Below are positions 1 through 14,274 of a DNA stretch of 64,000 nt, piece after piece. Below the pieces are notes generated by a model that was given only the letters and a program-made list of their open reading frames with translations, had not been told where the DNA came from and did not search any database. Each line of letters starts with the position of its first letter. The stretch's first letter is position 1. Source of the DNA: Octopus vulgaris (lineage: Eukaryota); the NCBI GenBank assembly GCA_951406725.2, contig OX597828.1:24056001-24120000 (forward strand), written 5' to 3'. Made by a program: the position numbers and the translations under genes.

Positions 1-175
1 GGCAGTAACGAAATAGGTATTTCGTCTGCCGTTACGTTCTGAGTTCAAATTCCTCCGAAGTCGACTTTGCCTTTCATTCATTCGGTGTCGATAAATGAAG
101 CACCATTTGCTTACTGGGGGCGACCTAATCGACTGGCCACTCAAAATTTCGGGCCTTGTGCCTAGTGTAGAAAAA
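1..175 (+). mobile_element. Meta/MESC-domain SINE, cut at the window edge
   Basis: B-box-like gagttcaaattcc followed by gtcgactttgcctttcattcattcggtgtcgataaatgaagcacca, resembling the MetaSINE core; 3' tail aaatttcgggccttgtgcctagtgtagaaa is shared with other copies. Confidence 0.85.
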
Positions 176-389
176 TAATATTACGTCTATCTTAAGACAA
201 TTAGCTCGCAGATTCTTTAACCCACCACGGTTCTGTATTGAAATTCCTCCTTGACTTTTATCCTCTTGTGTCGATAAAATAATTATATTTGTAGTTCTGC
301 GTTCAGATTCGGATGAAGTCAATTTTATTATTCAGTCACCAGATATCGAAAATATATAGTAAGGATTAACTGAGTAATTGTTTGACCTG

Positions 390-600
390 GGGTTGGCGAA
401 CTGACAATCGTTAGAGCATCAGTAAAATCTACTGTAACATTCCTTCAGGCTCTTTACATTCTCTGTTCAAATACTGCAAATGTCGACTTTGCATTTCATC
501 CATCCGGGTTCAATACAGCAAAGTGTCAGTCCAGTAGTTGGATTGATGTACGTCACGGATCCCTTACTCTGAAAATTACCGAACGCTTGCTTAAAATAGT
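390..600 (+). mobile_element. Decayed Meta-domain SINE
   Basis: ggcgaactgacaatcgttagagc head and gtcgactttgcatttcatccatccggg core; strongly diverged. Confidence 0.6.
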
Positions 601-1199
601 GACGGTTATGAATTCAGGAAAGTTGGTACATTGGCAGAATTATAATAAGAGGGAGAATTAAAACATTATCCGGTATTCATTTCTTGGATCTTTTATGCCT
701 GAGTTCAGCTTACACAGAAAACAACTTTCATTTATCTTTCTTCACTGGGAACTGAATTTCTTCGTGCGAATAGGTGAATATAACATAGCGGATTTGAACT
801 AAAAGAATGATAATCGGCCGAAACATAATTCGGTTACCTTTTCCCCCCCATCTTCCAGTCATCGTTTCACATATTTCTAACCCAAGTGTACAGGTTTTCC
901 TGCCAGAACAACACTATTGTCATTCCATCCTTCATGGCAGGAGGTATATTCTGTTGATCGATAAACAACAGGATGAATGTCAAAGTTAACCTGGACGAAA
1001 TATAAAGTCACTGTTCAAAGAAAGGAAACAAATGCCTTAGGCATTGTATCTGACGCTGTAATGATTGTACAAAGTTTGACGCCATCATGGTTTCTCAGTT
1101 ATTTTGAGAATGTAAGCAATTACAATATACATTCTCAGGTGGTGATTCTGAAATATTTCATCGTCAACGTTGGCAATGTTTCAGTGAAAAAGATCAAAG

Positions 1200-1440
1200 G
1201 TCCTTCCCGAATAATAAGCTCATAAGACCGGTTTTCCCGGATTCTGTGGCATATAAATTTACCCCCTGGACGAGACATAGGTCCGTCCACAGAACACTAA
1301 TTTTTGTCAGGTGAGTGGACTGGTGCATTGTGAAATGAACTGTTTGCACAAGAGCGTAACACAACACCTGGTCCAGGATGCGAAACCACACTCTTATGAT
1401 CATGAGCTTAACATTTTTAGCACTACGCCAGGCACCTCCG
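1200..1440 (-). mobile_element. Decayed tRNA-derived SINE (same tail type as 59323)
   Basis: Minus strand reads ggaggtgcctggcgtagtg...ggtttcgcatcc (A/B boxes) and ends gaatccgggaaaaccggtcttatgagc, matching the tail at 59570-59596. Confidence 0.65.
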
Positions 1441-1587
1441 CAATGTTTGAGTAAAATTTTTGTATCACGAAATATGTTTGTCAAACCAACTAGTATTCAA
1501 CTGTGACTGATTTGGGAATCTGTTACCTAGCGGGATGCGAGATAATTGTCAGATGTCTGCCACCAATATCACCATCTTGATAGCTTA

Positions 1588-1975
1588 TATTTTTTCTACT
1601 CTAGGCACAAGTCCCGAAATTTTTGGGTACTGTGGTAGTCAATTAGATCAAACCTAGTACGCAACTGGTAATTAATTTATCGACCACGAAAGGATAAAAA
1701 GCAAAGCCGACCTCAGAGAAATTTGAACTCAGAACGTGAGACAGACGAAATACCTATTTTTTTAATACCCACAAGGGGCTAAACACAGAGAGGACAAACA
1801 AGGACAGACAAACGGATTAAGTCGATTATATCGACTCCAGTACGTAGCTGGTACTTAATTTATCAACCCCGAAACGATGAAAGGCAAAGTCGACCTCAGC
1901 GGAATTTGAACTCAGAACGAAATATGGCTACGCATTTCGCCCGGCGTGCTAACGTTTCTGCCAGCTCGTTGCCGT
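1588..1975 (-). mobile_element. Dimeric Meta-domain SINE with 14-bp TSD
   Basis: Two Meta cores (about 1655-1730 and 1835-1915); head ggcaacgagctggcagaaacgttagcacgccggg; direct repeat atcttgatagctta at 1574-1587 and 1976-1989. Confidence 0.9.
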
Positions 1976-2480
1976 ATCTTGATAGCTTAAAATCACATGA
2001 AATAACGTTCCATTGGCGACACGCGTGCGCGCGTCTCTCGATATGTCCATGTGAAAGAGTGTATACTCACCCATCTTAATTTTAACTTACTTTGACAGAT
2101 TTTATTCTCAATCATTTGGGATCTTAATCTATGTTATATATTCACCGTCAACTCTAGCCAGTCCCTTTTGCAGGTTACAACCGCAAAATTACATTACCTC
2201 TGTTCGTGTTCTGACGTACAACGTGAGAGAAATACATGCCAAAAAGAACTCACTATATCTAGTGGTATATTATTTTTGCACACAATGCACCTGAAGTGTT
2301 ACAGACTGTACCTATTGATGCAACACAACTAGATTCATAATATCATATCCCTCAAGAACAGCTGCAGCATGCGTCGAAACGATCGTCGTGCAGAATATAG
2401 ATTCCTACTAATACTCGCGTGTGTACCGTTGGTGATCCCCCCCCCCCGTCTTCCCTTCTCTGGATCATTCCTTTTCCTAT

Positions 2481-2515
2481 GTTTCTGACGAAGAGCTCCG
2501 CTCGAAACGTTAAAC
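2481..2515 (+). ncRNA. Minimal type I hammerhead ribozyme within a ~170-bp repeat (about 2445-2613)
   Basis: gttt-CTGACGA-a-gagc-tcc-gctc-GAAA-c-GTT-aaac: stem I gttt/aaac, stem II gagc/gctc. A homologous copy lies at 58447-58611. Confidence 0.75.
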
Positions 2516-2934
2516 CCTCCTTCTTCCCTTCCTTCCTGAGCGTCCAATAATACTATATTTGTTCCACGTCCTCGTGTTGTGTTTTCTCTTTGTGTTTTCA
2601 TGTTTGGATTAACTGTAAGGGGAAAGTAAGAAGAAAAGCGAAAATGCATATTGGAAATGAAAAAAAGGAAAGGTTTTTTATGAAAAGTAACGATAGATAT
2701 ATACAATTAGATGAACTGAGGTATATATGATTATATATATATACATGAAAGTAAAGTACGACATTAGGTTGGTATGTATCCTAGCGCCTACCGTATTCAC
2801 TTTTACCAATTGCTAATGCCGGTAAACCTCCGTGAGTGTAGGAGAACACCATGTAGTTAATATTGATATCCTTAGTGGATCGTTACATTAGTAAATCTGT
2901 ATTTCTCTATAACGACTGCATGTTGTCGGTATCA

Positions 2935-2962
2935 TATATATACATACATACATACATACATA

Positions 2963-3032
<70 letters not shown>

Positions 3033-3085
3033 TGTGCGTGCATGTGCATGTATGCATATATGTGTATGTGTATGTCTTTGTCTGT
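2935..3085. repeat. Compound (TACA)n/(TA)n/(TG)n microsatellite
   Basis: Read directly. Confidence 0.95.
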
Positions 3086-3292
3086 GTGTTTCTCTCCCAC
3101 AACCACTTGACAAACCGGTGATCGTGTGCTTATGTCCTGGTAACTTAACGATTTGCCAAGAATGGCCAACAGAATATGAACCTGGCTTCAGAAAATATAA
3201 GTACTGGGGTCGTTTCATTCGACAACGAAATCATCAATAAGTGCCCCAACATGGCCACCGTCTAATGACTGAAACGAGTAAAAGATAAAAGA
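3075..3292 (+). mobile_element. 3' half of CORE-like SINE
   Basis: cttgacaaaccggtg...taacttaacgatttgcc...ctggggtcg...catggccaccgtctaatgactgaaac, homologous to 21050-21255 and 41490-41697. Confidence 0.75.
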
Positions 3293-3624
3293 TATATAGA
3301 TGTGGAGAAAGAGAAAGAGAAGAGAGAGAGAGAGAGAGAGAGAGAAAGTGAAGTAGATGGAGAAAAATCCACAGGTAAAATTATATTATTGCTTACGTTG
3401 GTCGTATTTTAGCAGTAAAATCGTGTTGTACTAAAGCGGATATCTCTAAGTTACTTTGTAAAAGAGGTAGGATTTGCCAATAAACAGACAGGCTAATAAC
3501 TTCTGTTCCCTGTTCTATGGTTCAGTAATTAATCTATCATTTAATGATAATAAAATGAAACTCCTTCCAGTGCATGTGTTTTTACTGGCACAATGGATCT
3601 CCGAATGCTCAAAACAAGCTAATG

Positions 3625-3639
3625 TGTGTATATACATAC

Positions 3640-3676
<37 letters not shown>

Positions 3677-3905
3677 GGCTGTCTTCGTGTGTATACTTGT
3701 GTGTGTGTGTATGTGTGTGTGTTCCTGTGTGTGTGTGGCGTGTGTGTGTCGCGTGCGTATGTGTGTGTGTATGTCGTGTGTGTTTGTGTGTGTATTATAC
3801 CAATAATGTTTTCACACTTATACGTCATCTAAGCTGTGAGGTTACTTCTGCAGTCACTGACTTATACACACACTCTCACACTCTCACACTCATTGGTGTG
3901 TGTAT

Positions 3906-3943
<38 letters not shown>

Positions 3944-3961
3944 GTATACATATTCATATAC

Positions 3962-4015
<54 letters not shown>

Positions 4016-4074
4016 GCATATTTACATATACATACATATATATACAGATACATATCTATTTACATACATATATG

Positions 4075-4125
<51 letters not shown>
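3625..4125. repeat. Compound (TA)n/(TG)n/(CA)n microsatellites
   Basis: Read directly. Confidence 0.95.
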
Positions 4126-4130
<5 letters not shown>

Positions 4131-4367
4131 GCTGTAGAGTAGGCTGGCCATAAAAGCTTCACAATATCAGCTCCTGACCATTTCCTTTCCACGTTGCTAA
4201 GCCACAGAAACCAATGATAAAAAATAAAAATCAATAATATGGTTTCTTGAAACACCGTGCTACTTTAAATGCTTACATATCACAGACTGCCACGTCTACA
4301 GTGACTTTCTGAAATATTTATCTATCTCCCTGTTTGTCCGCTCTATATATGAAGAATGACTCTTGAT

Positions 4368-4370
4368 CTG

Positions 4371-4435
<65 letters not shown>

Positions 4436-4465
4436 CTATCCCTATCTCTTTCTCTCTCTATACAT

Positions 4466-4534
<69 letters not shown>

Positions 4535-4621
4535 TACATACATACATACAACCATATATATATATATATATATATATATACATTTATACCTACCTTTTTA
4601 TCTATCTATCTACCTATCTAT

Positions 4622-4692
<71 letters not shown>
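4368..4692. repeat. Compound (TC)n/(TA)n/(TCTA)n microsatellite
   Basis: Read directly. Confidence 0.95.
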
Positions 4693-4787
4693 GATACCTG
4701 TAATTCTCATATTTTAATGTCTCGTTGTGGCTATGAAAGTGTAGTATTTGTAATTAAAACAATACTATCTCTATAGTATATTAATAT

Positions 4788-5410
4788 AGGCGCAGGCGCG
4801 ACTGTGTGGTAAGAAGTTTGTTTCCAAACCACATGGTTCTACGTTCAATCTCAGTGAGTGGCACTTTGGTCAAGTGTCTTCTACTCTAGCCGTGTGCCGA
4901 CCTAAAGCTTGTGAGTGGATTTGGTGGACGGAGACTGAAAGAAGGGTCTTCTATACACACACACAGACAAACACCCCCCCACACACTTAAACACATACAT
5001 AAACACATATATACATGTGTGGCGATGTAACCAGGAAAAATAGAACCTAAAATACGTTTATGTGTATATATTTATTAATATTTAGCAAAAGCAAGTGGCT
5101 CAAGAGCCGAGAGTTTCGTGTTAACACCTATCAAACTATACGTGTATGTGTGTGTATGTCTGTGTGTGTTTTTCTACGTGTGTTTCTGTCTTTGTTTGCA
5201 CCCCCAGCACTGCTTCAGACTGGTGCTGGTGCTGGTTTGTTTACATCCCCGTCTGCTAGCGGTTCGTCAAAAGAAACTCATACAAAAAGTACCGGACTTT
5301 AAAAAAATAAATTGTGTCCTGCTGCGGATTCGATCGACTAAAATTATTCAAGGTGTTGCCCCAGCATGACCGCAGTCCAATGGCTGAAACAAGCAAAACA
5401 TAAGAAAAAC
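4788..5410 (+). mobile_element. tRNA-derived CORE-like SINE with expanded internal microsatellite region
   Basis: Head aggcgcaggcgcgactgtgtggtaag...gttcaatc, CORE-like actttggtcaagtgtcttctact, 3' half at 5160-5410. Confidence 0.8.
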
Positions 5411-5558
5411 AGATATGTCATATTGATATTTTTCTTCCTTTCAACCTTTATATCTAGTGTGCCACCTGTCTAATAATCTTCATATATCTATGACTTCCTA
5501 ACATCCCATACGCCATTTCTATATCTTGCTTTAATCCATTTGCATGATTGTGCCTCCC

Positions 5559-5599
<41 letters not shown>

Positions 5600-6037
5600 G
5601 CGCTTTCTATACTTTTTCCTATTTTTTATGCTATATTTATTCTTCTATTTATATTTTCCATTCTTTTTTCATTTGTATATGGAAAGGAACTCGATTCGTC
5701 TTAGGATACTTATTATTATATCTCTGTATTTCTCACTCTCTCTCTTTCTCGCTTCCCCTTCCTCTCCTCTCTCTCTCTCTCTCGCTTACCTTCTTTCATT
5801 CTTTCCTTTTCTACCAATTTCGCTGTTTGTTTGTCTAAACATTTATCTGTCTATCACTTAGTCAGTTTTCCAAGGGAAGAGAGAGAGAGAGGGGGGATGA
5901 GTGAAAAGAGAGATAGAAAGAAGGGGAGAGATTAACATGCAGACAGATAGAGAGTAAGAAAGGGAAAGGTGAAGAAAGAGAGGGAAAGAGAGGGAAAGAG
6001 ATAGAGGGAGAACCACAGACTACGGACACGAAAAAGA

Positions 6038-6950
<913 letters not shown>

Positions 6951-6989
6951 ATAATAATAATAATAATAATGATGATGATGATGATGATG

Positions 6990-7047
<58 letters not shown>

Positions 7048-7055
7048 TAATAATG

Positions 7056-7141
<86 letters not shown>

Positions 7142-7382
7142 AAGAAGATGGTGATGATGATGATGATGATGATGATGACGATGATGAACGATGACGAAGA
7201 CGACAACGTGACTACGACGTGATGACAACGACGATGGTGATGATGATGGACGTCGACGACACCGAATATGATGAAGAAGAAAATAAATAATAAAATAAAG
7301 CCATCATAATAATCATAGCAATACCGAGAGTAAGAAGAAGAAAATAAAGATGAAGAAATATAAAAAGAGCAACAAAAACAAT

Positions 7383-7413
<31 letters not shown>

Positions 7414-7420
7414 GCAACAA
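6951..7420 (+). repeat. (AAT)n/(GAT)n/(GAA)n/(CAA)n trinucleotide block
   Basis: Read directly. Confidence 0.95.
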
Positions 7421-7787
7421 GAGAAATAAGAAGGAGAAGAAGGAAGAGTTGGTTATGTGTGATTTGCAACACTGATGGTGATGCTGATGATGATGAAGGA
7501 TAGAAAGAAACAAAGAAAGGAAGAAAGAAAGGAAAGAAGGAAAGCTAGAGCCTAATGCTTAATGGAAATCTCGATATCAATTCTGTTAAGTAGTGTCATT
7601 TATATAACGATAGCAAACATGGGATAATAACCTTTAGAATATATCACCTAATAAAAACATTTGAACGTTCTGTTGGGGATAGTTTAAATGGATGTGAATT
7701 TCACAAAAAATGATATTCTATAAATGGCTGAGAAAACATTTTAGCTCGCCATTTCTTATAAGCGTACATACCGTGATATAACTGTTT

Positions 7788-8252
<465 letters not shown>

Positions 8253-9244
8253 TTATACATATACATAGATATAGACACACAAAAACTATGCGTGCACAAC
8301 CGTACAGACATATAAGAGCGGAATAGAGCAGAACGCCTCATTTATCATAAATTGCAAAACATTATTGTTCGTGTGTTTCACTAGCAATAACTGATATGTT
8401 GTGCAGTAATCCTTATGCAGTCAATTGCATAATCACATTGATACGCTGGATATCCAGAAGAATATAGAAAATTTATTCCAATATTTTCTACCAACATCAG
8501 ATGCTTGACAGTGATATATGTATGTTTGTATGTGGGTGTATACACACACACTATATATATATGTGTGTGTGTGTGTGTAAATATATATATATATACATGC
8601 ATGTATACCACTGCCTCTAAGAATACTTTTACTTTTGTAAAAACCCGGTTTTTAACCTATTGGTGAGTTTTTCCCAACCGCTAGTTTATGGAGACATAAA
8701 CATACCGACATCGGCAGTCATGCGTAGCAGGTGGCAAAGGCAGACACAAAGACACGAAGATATGCACACGCACACACACACACATATACATACATATTTG
8801 GGACGCTCAGATCTCACAAAATTACGAACTAATGCTGGGCCCCCAGAAACAGCTGTCGAATTGAAACACCATACATTCTCCCCTCTAATTCTTCGGACCT
8901 ATGTAATCTAAATAAATTTGCTCTCCTTCTCGAAAAAGGGGAGCAATAAATAATTGAATAGCTAAAGACGGATAATCTGTCAATTCATTAGAGCTGTTTC
9001 CAAAAAATGTATACTTGATTAATGGACACATTACATTATTAGCAAAAACAACTTTTCATCAGGTAAAAACATGAACCACAACATATAGAAAAGTTCCAAA
9101 TTCAACAGCGTGTGCGCCTTCATGATTCTACGAGCCTTGCTGGTAGAATGAATTTGTTAGTTCAGATGGGTAGTGGTGCAGCAGGAGACAATATGTTCTA
9201 TATATATTCTATTTACTCATACATACGCACATTTATTCAGAGAG

Positions 9245-9315
<71 letters not shown>

Positions 9316-9367
9316 CAATTTGTCTTAAATTTCACCGCAAGAGATATACAGTAACATTATAGTATCG

Positions 9368-9517
9368 TAAAGTTTACTGTCCAGCAAAATGTGGCTGTCA
9401 TATAAAAGACGATGTTACTGTGTTTAAGCCACAGGAAAATATGTTTTCCTTGGGCTTAAACAACAGTAACCTCGTCCTTTATAGGGTCGCCACATTCTGT
9501 TGGCATATAGACTTTAC
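9368..9517. repeat. Diverged fold-back inverted repeat ending at (TA)n
   Basis: Arms aaagttta...gttactgtgtttaagccacaggaaaa / ttttccttgggcttaaacaacagtaac...tagacttta, about 70 bp each, with a 4-nt loop. Confidence 0.8.
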
Positions 9518-9852
9518 TATATATATATATATATATTATTGAATAAGTTGGAGAAACATTTATGTCTAATCACAGCAATTGTTTCCAAGCAACGTAGTAT
9601 TCTAGGTTCTACGTAACTAAATACCTGTGAACCTGGAGTACTATGTTGCAAGCAACCAATTGTAGTGATTACAAATGAACGTTCCTCTGTACTTCTTTTT
9701 GAATCCAGCTTATTCAATTCTCCATTCACACACTACAAAGCCCCAACGCAAATCTGGCTGTAGATTTAATAATACTGCTTGATAGCACTATGGGAAATCT
9801 AAAGGTGCACGACCTTTATAGTGTACTCTCCTACGTTCTTAATAAAATATAA

Positions 9853-9926
<74 letters not shown>

Positions 9927-9968
9927 CGTGTGTGTGTGTGTGTGTGAATGTGTGTGTGTATATATATA

Positions 9969-10137
9969 TCACGTGATCACCGTGACCGACTACGCTATCA
10001 GATGTTGCTACACATCGCTGATCACAATGCGCTTTGCATTGTTTTAGCCTTCAAGTGACGCCACCCCGCTAGCTAAGCGAACAGGCCAACAGAAGAGTGA
10101 GAGAAAGTTGTGGCAAAAGTGTACAGCAGGGATCGCT
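9969..10137 (-). mobile_element. 3' part of tRNA-Arg-like SINE (tail type of 45093)
   Basis: Reverse complement matches 45230-45330 (ctgttggcctg.tcgctta.c.agcggggtggcgtca.t.gaaggctaaaacaatgc). Confidence 0.8.
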
Positions 10138-10187
10138 AAAAGTTATAATAGAATATCCTGTATGCTGAAAACCCACATTGTCTTATA

Positions 10188-10249
10188 CATCCGAAGAAGG
10201 CAGTGTATTTCAAGCTGATTAAATGGAGTCACCTGAAACGGCTGTAATG
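10188..10249 (+). ncRNA. Degenerate hammerhead motif (CCGAAGA variant)
   Basis: cat-CCGAAGA-agg...cct-GAAA-cggct-GTA-atg; (TA)n follows about 37 bp downstream. Confidence 0.5.
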
Positions 10250-10282
10250 CACTAATACATCGACACCTTTGTTACTTATTTG

Positions 10283-10319
<37 letters not shown>

Positions 10320-10810
10320 TTATATAAACATTAAACTCACGTATCAATGGCTAGCGTATGTAAAATCACTGTGTCAGTAAAATTAATTTGTAAGTATATA
10401 TCTAAGTATATAATTGCAATTAATGTATCTGGAACGCCAGCGCAGGTGCGCTAAAAGTAGATGGGTTAGTAGATAGAATGCATACGCGGGAAATGTATGT
10501 ATATATTGGTATCCACGCATGGATTTATCGGCATGTATATATATTCTTGGTTATATATTTATCGGTGTATTTCTTCCGAGGATTGCAAAGCAATTTCTGT
10601 TGCTGTGCATGAAATCTTAAGACATAGATTTATCCGAAATTATGTAAATTTTCTTGCCCATTACCGCGCATCCGGCCTAGGGTTATAAATAGAGAACTGA
10701 TTTAGAGTGGATTGTAGGTATTTGACATATACTTTTAGTGTAAAGGCGCTGGCATTCCAGAGCCATTTTTTATAATTATATTCTATAATTATATACATAC
10801 ATATATATAA

Positions 10811-10847
<37 letters not shown>

Positions 10848-10892
10848 AAAATATACATATGCATATATATATATATATATATATATACATAC

Positions 10893-10941
<49 letters not shown>

Positions 10942-11371
10942 CATGTATTTTGCAATTCACACTAATGTAGAATATGACATTTTATTCAGACAATTAGATT
11001 ATACTCAGTAATTCTTATGGATATACAAATTATCTCATCGATAAGTCAGTATGCACATAATTTACTTTTAAATTACAGTTCTGTCATTACATTAGCACTT
11101 AACTTACAATTTCATCTTACAAATATAATTTCATATCTCCCATATAATAGCATCTACTCTAGAATATCTCTCGCCGTACTTAATTATGACTAAAACTATT
11201 TACTGGTTTTCTTCATCCAGACACCGTAAGTAACAATACAGACACAATTACAATAACAAGACCGAACCGACTTCAATCATTTCAAAACACTGAGTATTTA
11301 TAATAACATAATTCCCAAATCACATTTCCCTTTTAATATATAATTTACACACCACAGTTATATATATATAC

Positions 11372-11411
<40 letters not shown>

Positions 11412-11534
11412 ATTGAGTAGTTGAATGAATTATCTTATTATGGATAATTCGGTTAACTCATTATCGCTATGGGCTCCGTTTGGGCAGGCATCTAAAAATT
11501 TTTGTGCATCTTGATGCTGACATAAGTTCCTAAC

Positions 11535-11617
11535 TTTTCCTGATGAGAAGGCGGCATAATGCACCCCTTATTACTTCGAAATTAGGAATATGCAGCCTTC
11601 GAAACATATGTCGAAAA
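11535..11617 (+). ncRNA. Intact type I hammerhead ribozyme
   Basis: ttttc-CTGATGA-gaaggcggcata...tatgcagccttc-GAAA-catat-GTC-gaaaa: 5-bp stem I, long stem II, palindromic ACATATGT stem III, GUC cleavage triplet. Confidence 0.9.
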
Positions 11618-11659
11618 TAAAATAAAGGAATTTTGTTAATTCGTCGTTCAACTCCATTC

Positions 11660-11714
<55 letters not shown>

Positions 11715-11786
11715 TGTATTGATGGATGTATATAAGACAAGTTATAAATAATAGTCATTACATATTTTTCTTTATTAAGGCAAATT

Positions 11787-11893
11787 TGGCTTACAGCTGT
11801 TTCTAGTTGTCATTAAAAGTACTTTATTGATAGGCATACTCGATCGATCTATTGATCAGTTATGAAGAATTAATACTACTTTCATCAGAGCCA
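11787..11893 (-). ncRNA. Type I hammerhead ribozyme with a long stem II insert
   Basis: Minus strand: tggct-CTGATGA-aagt...~80 nt...acta-GAAA-cagct-GTA-agcca; perfect 5-bp stem I, palindromic ACAGCTGT. Confidence 0.8.
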
Positions 11894-12847
11894 TTTTCAG
11901 TTATTATAAAGCAGAACGCTGAAGGAATAGGTGAATGCATGGGGAAGTGAAGGCAAAAGAGGGAATGTGTCAAGCAGAATGGAGTAAAGCCAGAAGACAG
12001 CTTAGAAAAGTGTGGAGAGAAATTTTAAAAGGTAGAAGTAGGAGTCATTTTATAGAGGTAGGCTTAGAGCATGGCGAAGATTTGGGGAAAATGACAGTCA
12101 TAAAACATTAATATTTGTAGTTAGGTCAACACATTTAGGTATAGCATTGTTTTTTGTTTAGATATTCTCCAAATGTGTTGAAATTTGATATGGGCCATTT
12201 ATAAACATGGCCAACCTAAGTTTTTAACACTTGGTCATTGGTGATCTCAAGCACAGTAGGGGAATTGTATTAGAATATTAAAATATCAGTAGTAATCGTC
12301 TGCTTAATCGTAACGTCTACCTAAACGTAACCAACTCGACATTAACCGAGTTAGTCATCTAACGAGTGTCTCTTCACAGTTGCTCAAACACAACCACATA
12401 TCACACAAGTTCCGGGCTCTTTGACAGGTCAACTCAGCCAACGGCTCAGGGCTCAACGAATTTTATACTATTCTTCACTGGCAACAAATCACATCACGTC
12501 CGAAGATGTCCAGAGCCATTCGGTTTGAAACAAAACGTCCAGGGTTCAGAGAATATGAAGCTAATCCTTACACCTAAATAGGAATCTACATGAATAGTTT
12601 CCTTGTTTTTTCAAGTCAAATGCCGATTGTGTCTTGAGACAACGTTCCTCTTAAATATTCAAAGAGGAAATCTCACTAATTTACATGTAAGAAACACCTC
12701 TAGGTCAATGTTGGATTTTTTTTGTTACTTTTATGATTCTAAATCTTATCATCCATTAGAGGACAGGGATAAATACAAAACACACACATAGACACACTTA
12801 AATGCATACACATACACATGTGTGTGTATATATATATATATATATAC

Positions 12848-12883
<36 letters not shown>

Positions 12884-12965
12884 ATACATATTCATGTATC
12901 TAATGCCTTGTGTATAAAAGATTCGTATGCCACGGGCATCTTTCGTATTTTTTATATCATAGGAT

Positions 12966-13216
12966 CACCAAGCATAGATTGGCATATTTTGGTCATATTA
13001 TGCGGAGAAAATCCCTGGAGAAGGACATCATGCTCGGAATGGTCAGTGGCAAGAGAGGAAGAGGCCGACCAAGAACCCGCTGGCTAGACACCATCAAGAG
13101 TGATACCGGAATGGACATAGCCAATCTGAAAGAAGCAGCCCAGGATAGAACTGACTGGAGGACACTGATCCATCGAGTAACCGAGAGTCGACTCCACAGA
13201 GCGGATAGATAGATAG
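12966..13216 (+). mobile_element. 5'-truncated RTE (BovB-like) LINE 3' end with TSD
   Basis: RLAYFGHIMRRKSLEKDIMLGMVSGKRGRGRPRTRWLD...AQDRTDWR is the typical RTE C-terminus; (GATA)n tail; TSD atatcataggat at 12954-12965 and 13217-13228. Confidence 0.92.
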
Positions 13217-13397
13217 ATATCATAGGATTTTTAAAATCCAATATGCTATTGTTTAGAGCTTTCTATACTTCGAGTACCACCGTGAAAAATAAGTTATTTT
13301 TGTTTATCAATAGTAAGAATGTAATTTTATATAATTTTAGCCTGACCCATTCTTACAATATTCCTCATTATCACTTAAGAGTAAATATGTATGTATG

Positions 13398-13431
<34 letters not shown>

Positions 13432-14174
13432 TGTATGTATGTATGTATGTATGTATGTATGTATGTATGTATGCATGTATGTATGTATAAGTCATGTTCA
13501 TACATATTTATATATGTACATATATATACATATATATACCTATATTCCTGTTTGTAGTTATATATATATATGTACGTATATAAAGATGTGTGCATATGCA
13601 ATTACACTTACATTCACGCAGGCGCACCCCCATACTCAAACGCACACAGACATATGCACACACATAACCACACATGTATATATGTGTAGGCGGATGGCTT
13701 GGCATGTATATGTTTGTGCATTATAGATTTTCGTTACATCGTGTTCTCTAATTAAATTCCTCAACGCTTTATTGAATTATTTCCCACCAATTTCTCATCC
13801 AATTTCGTTGAATTCCTTGGTTTGACTTTAAATTCGCTTAAACACATTCAATTACAATGAGACACATTAACATTTACTAGATCCTTATCAAATTTATATA
13901 TATATATTTATAAGAAAAAGCAGTTCTTACTTATAGAATTTACGAGAAACAATTGTTTTTACGTATAGAATATTAAAAATTCATACTCCATTATCTTAAA
14001 CTCTCCTTTCATGTAATAAGATTTCAGGAAAGCAACTTGTCTATAAATCTATCTCCCCTTTTCCATAGTCCTCGACGCCTGTTTAAAAGGCCTGATCCAT
14101 ACATCCCTACTCTATGTGTAGAAACACACACACGCACACACACACGTACACACACACATACACACACACACACA

Positions 14175-14270
14175 CTAAAAATCTACTCACAAGGCTTTGG
14201 TTAGCCCGAGGCTACGGTAGAACACGCTTGCCTAAAGTGGCACGCAGGAGGACTGAACTGAGAACCACGT
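14175..14270 (-). mobile_element. CORE-like SINE head fragment
   Basis: aaatctactcacaaggctttggttagcccgaggcta...cttgcctaaagtggcacgcag, the reverse of 41230-41325. Confidence 0.75.
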
Positions 14271-14274
14271 GTTC

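Noticed and set aside
3397-3510. Minus-strand open frame ending at donor gtaagc
   Set aside because: No convincing acceptor or homology.
8829-8860. GAAACAGCTGT half-motif (also 56875)
   Set aside because: No intact CUGANGA or stem I; at most decayed relatives.
9625-9732. Minus-strand 108-bp exon candidate
   Set aside because: Weak donor (gtattt), poor pyrimidine tract, no recognisable product.
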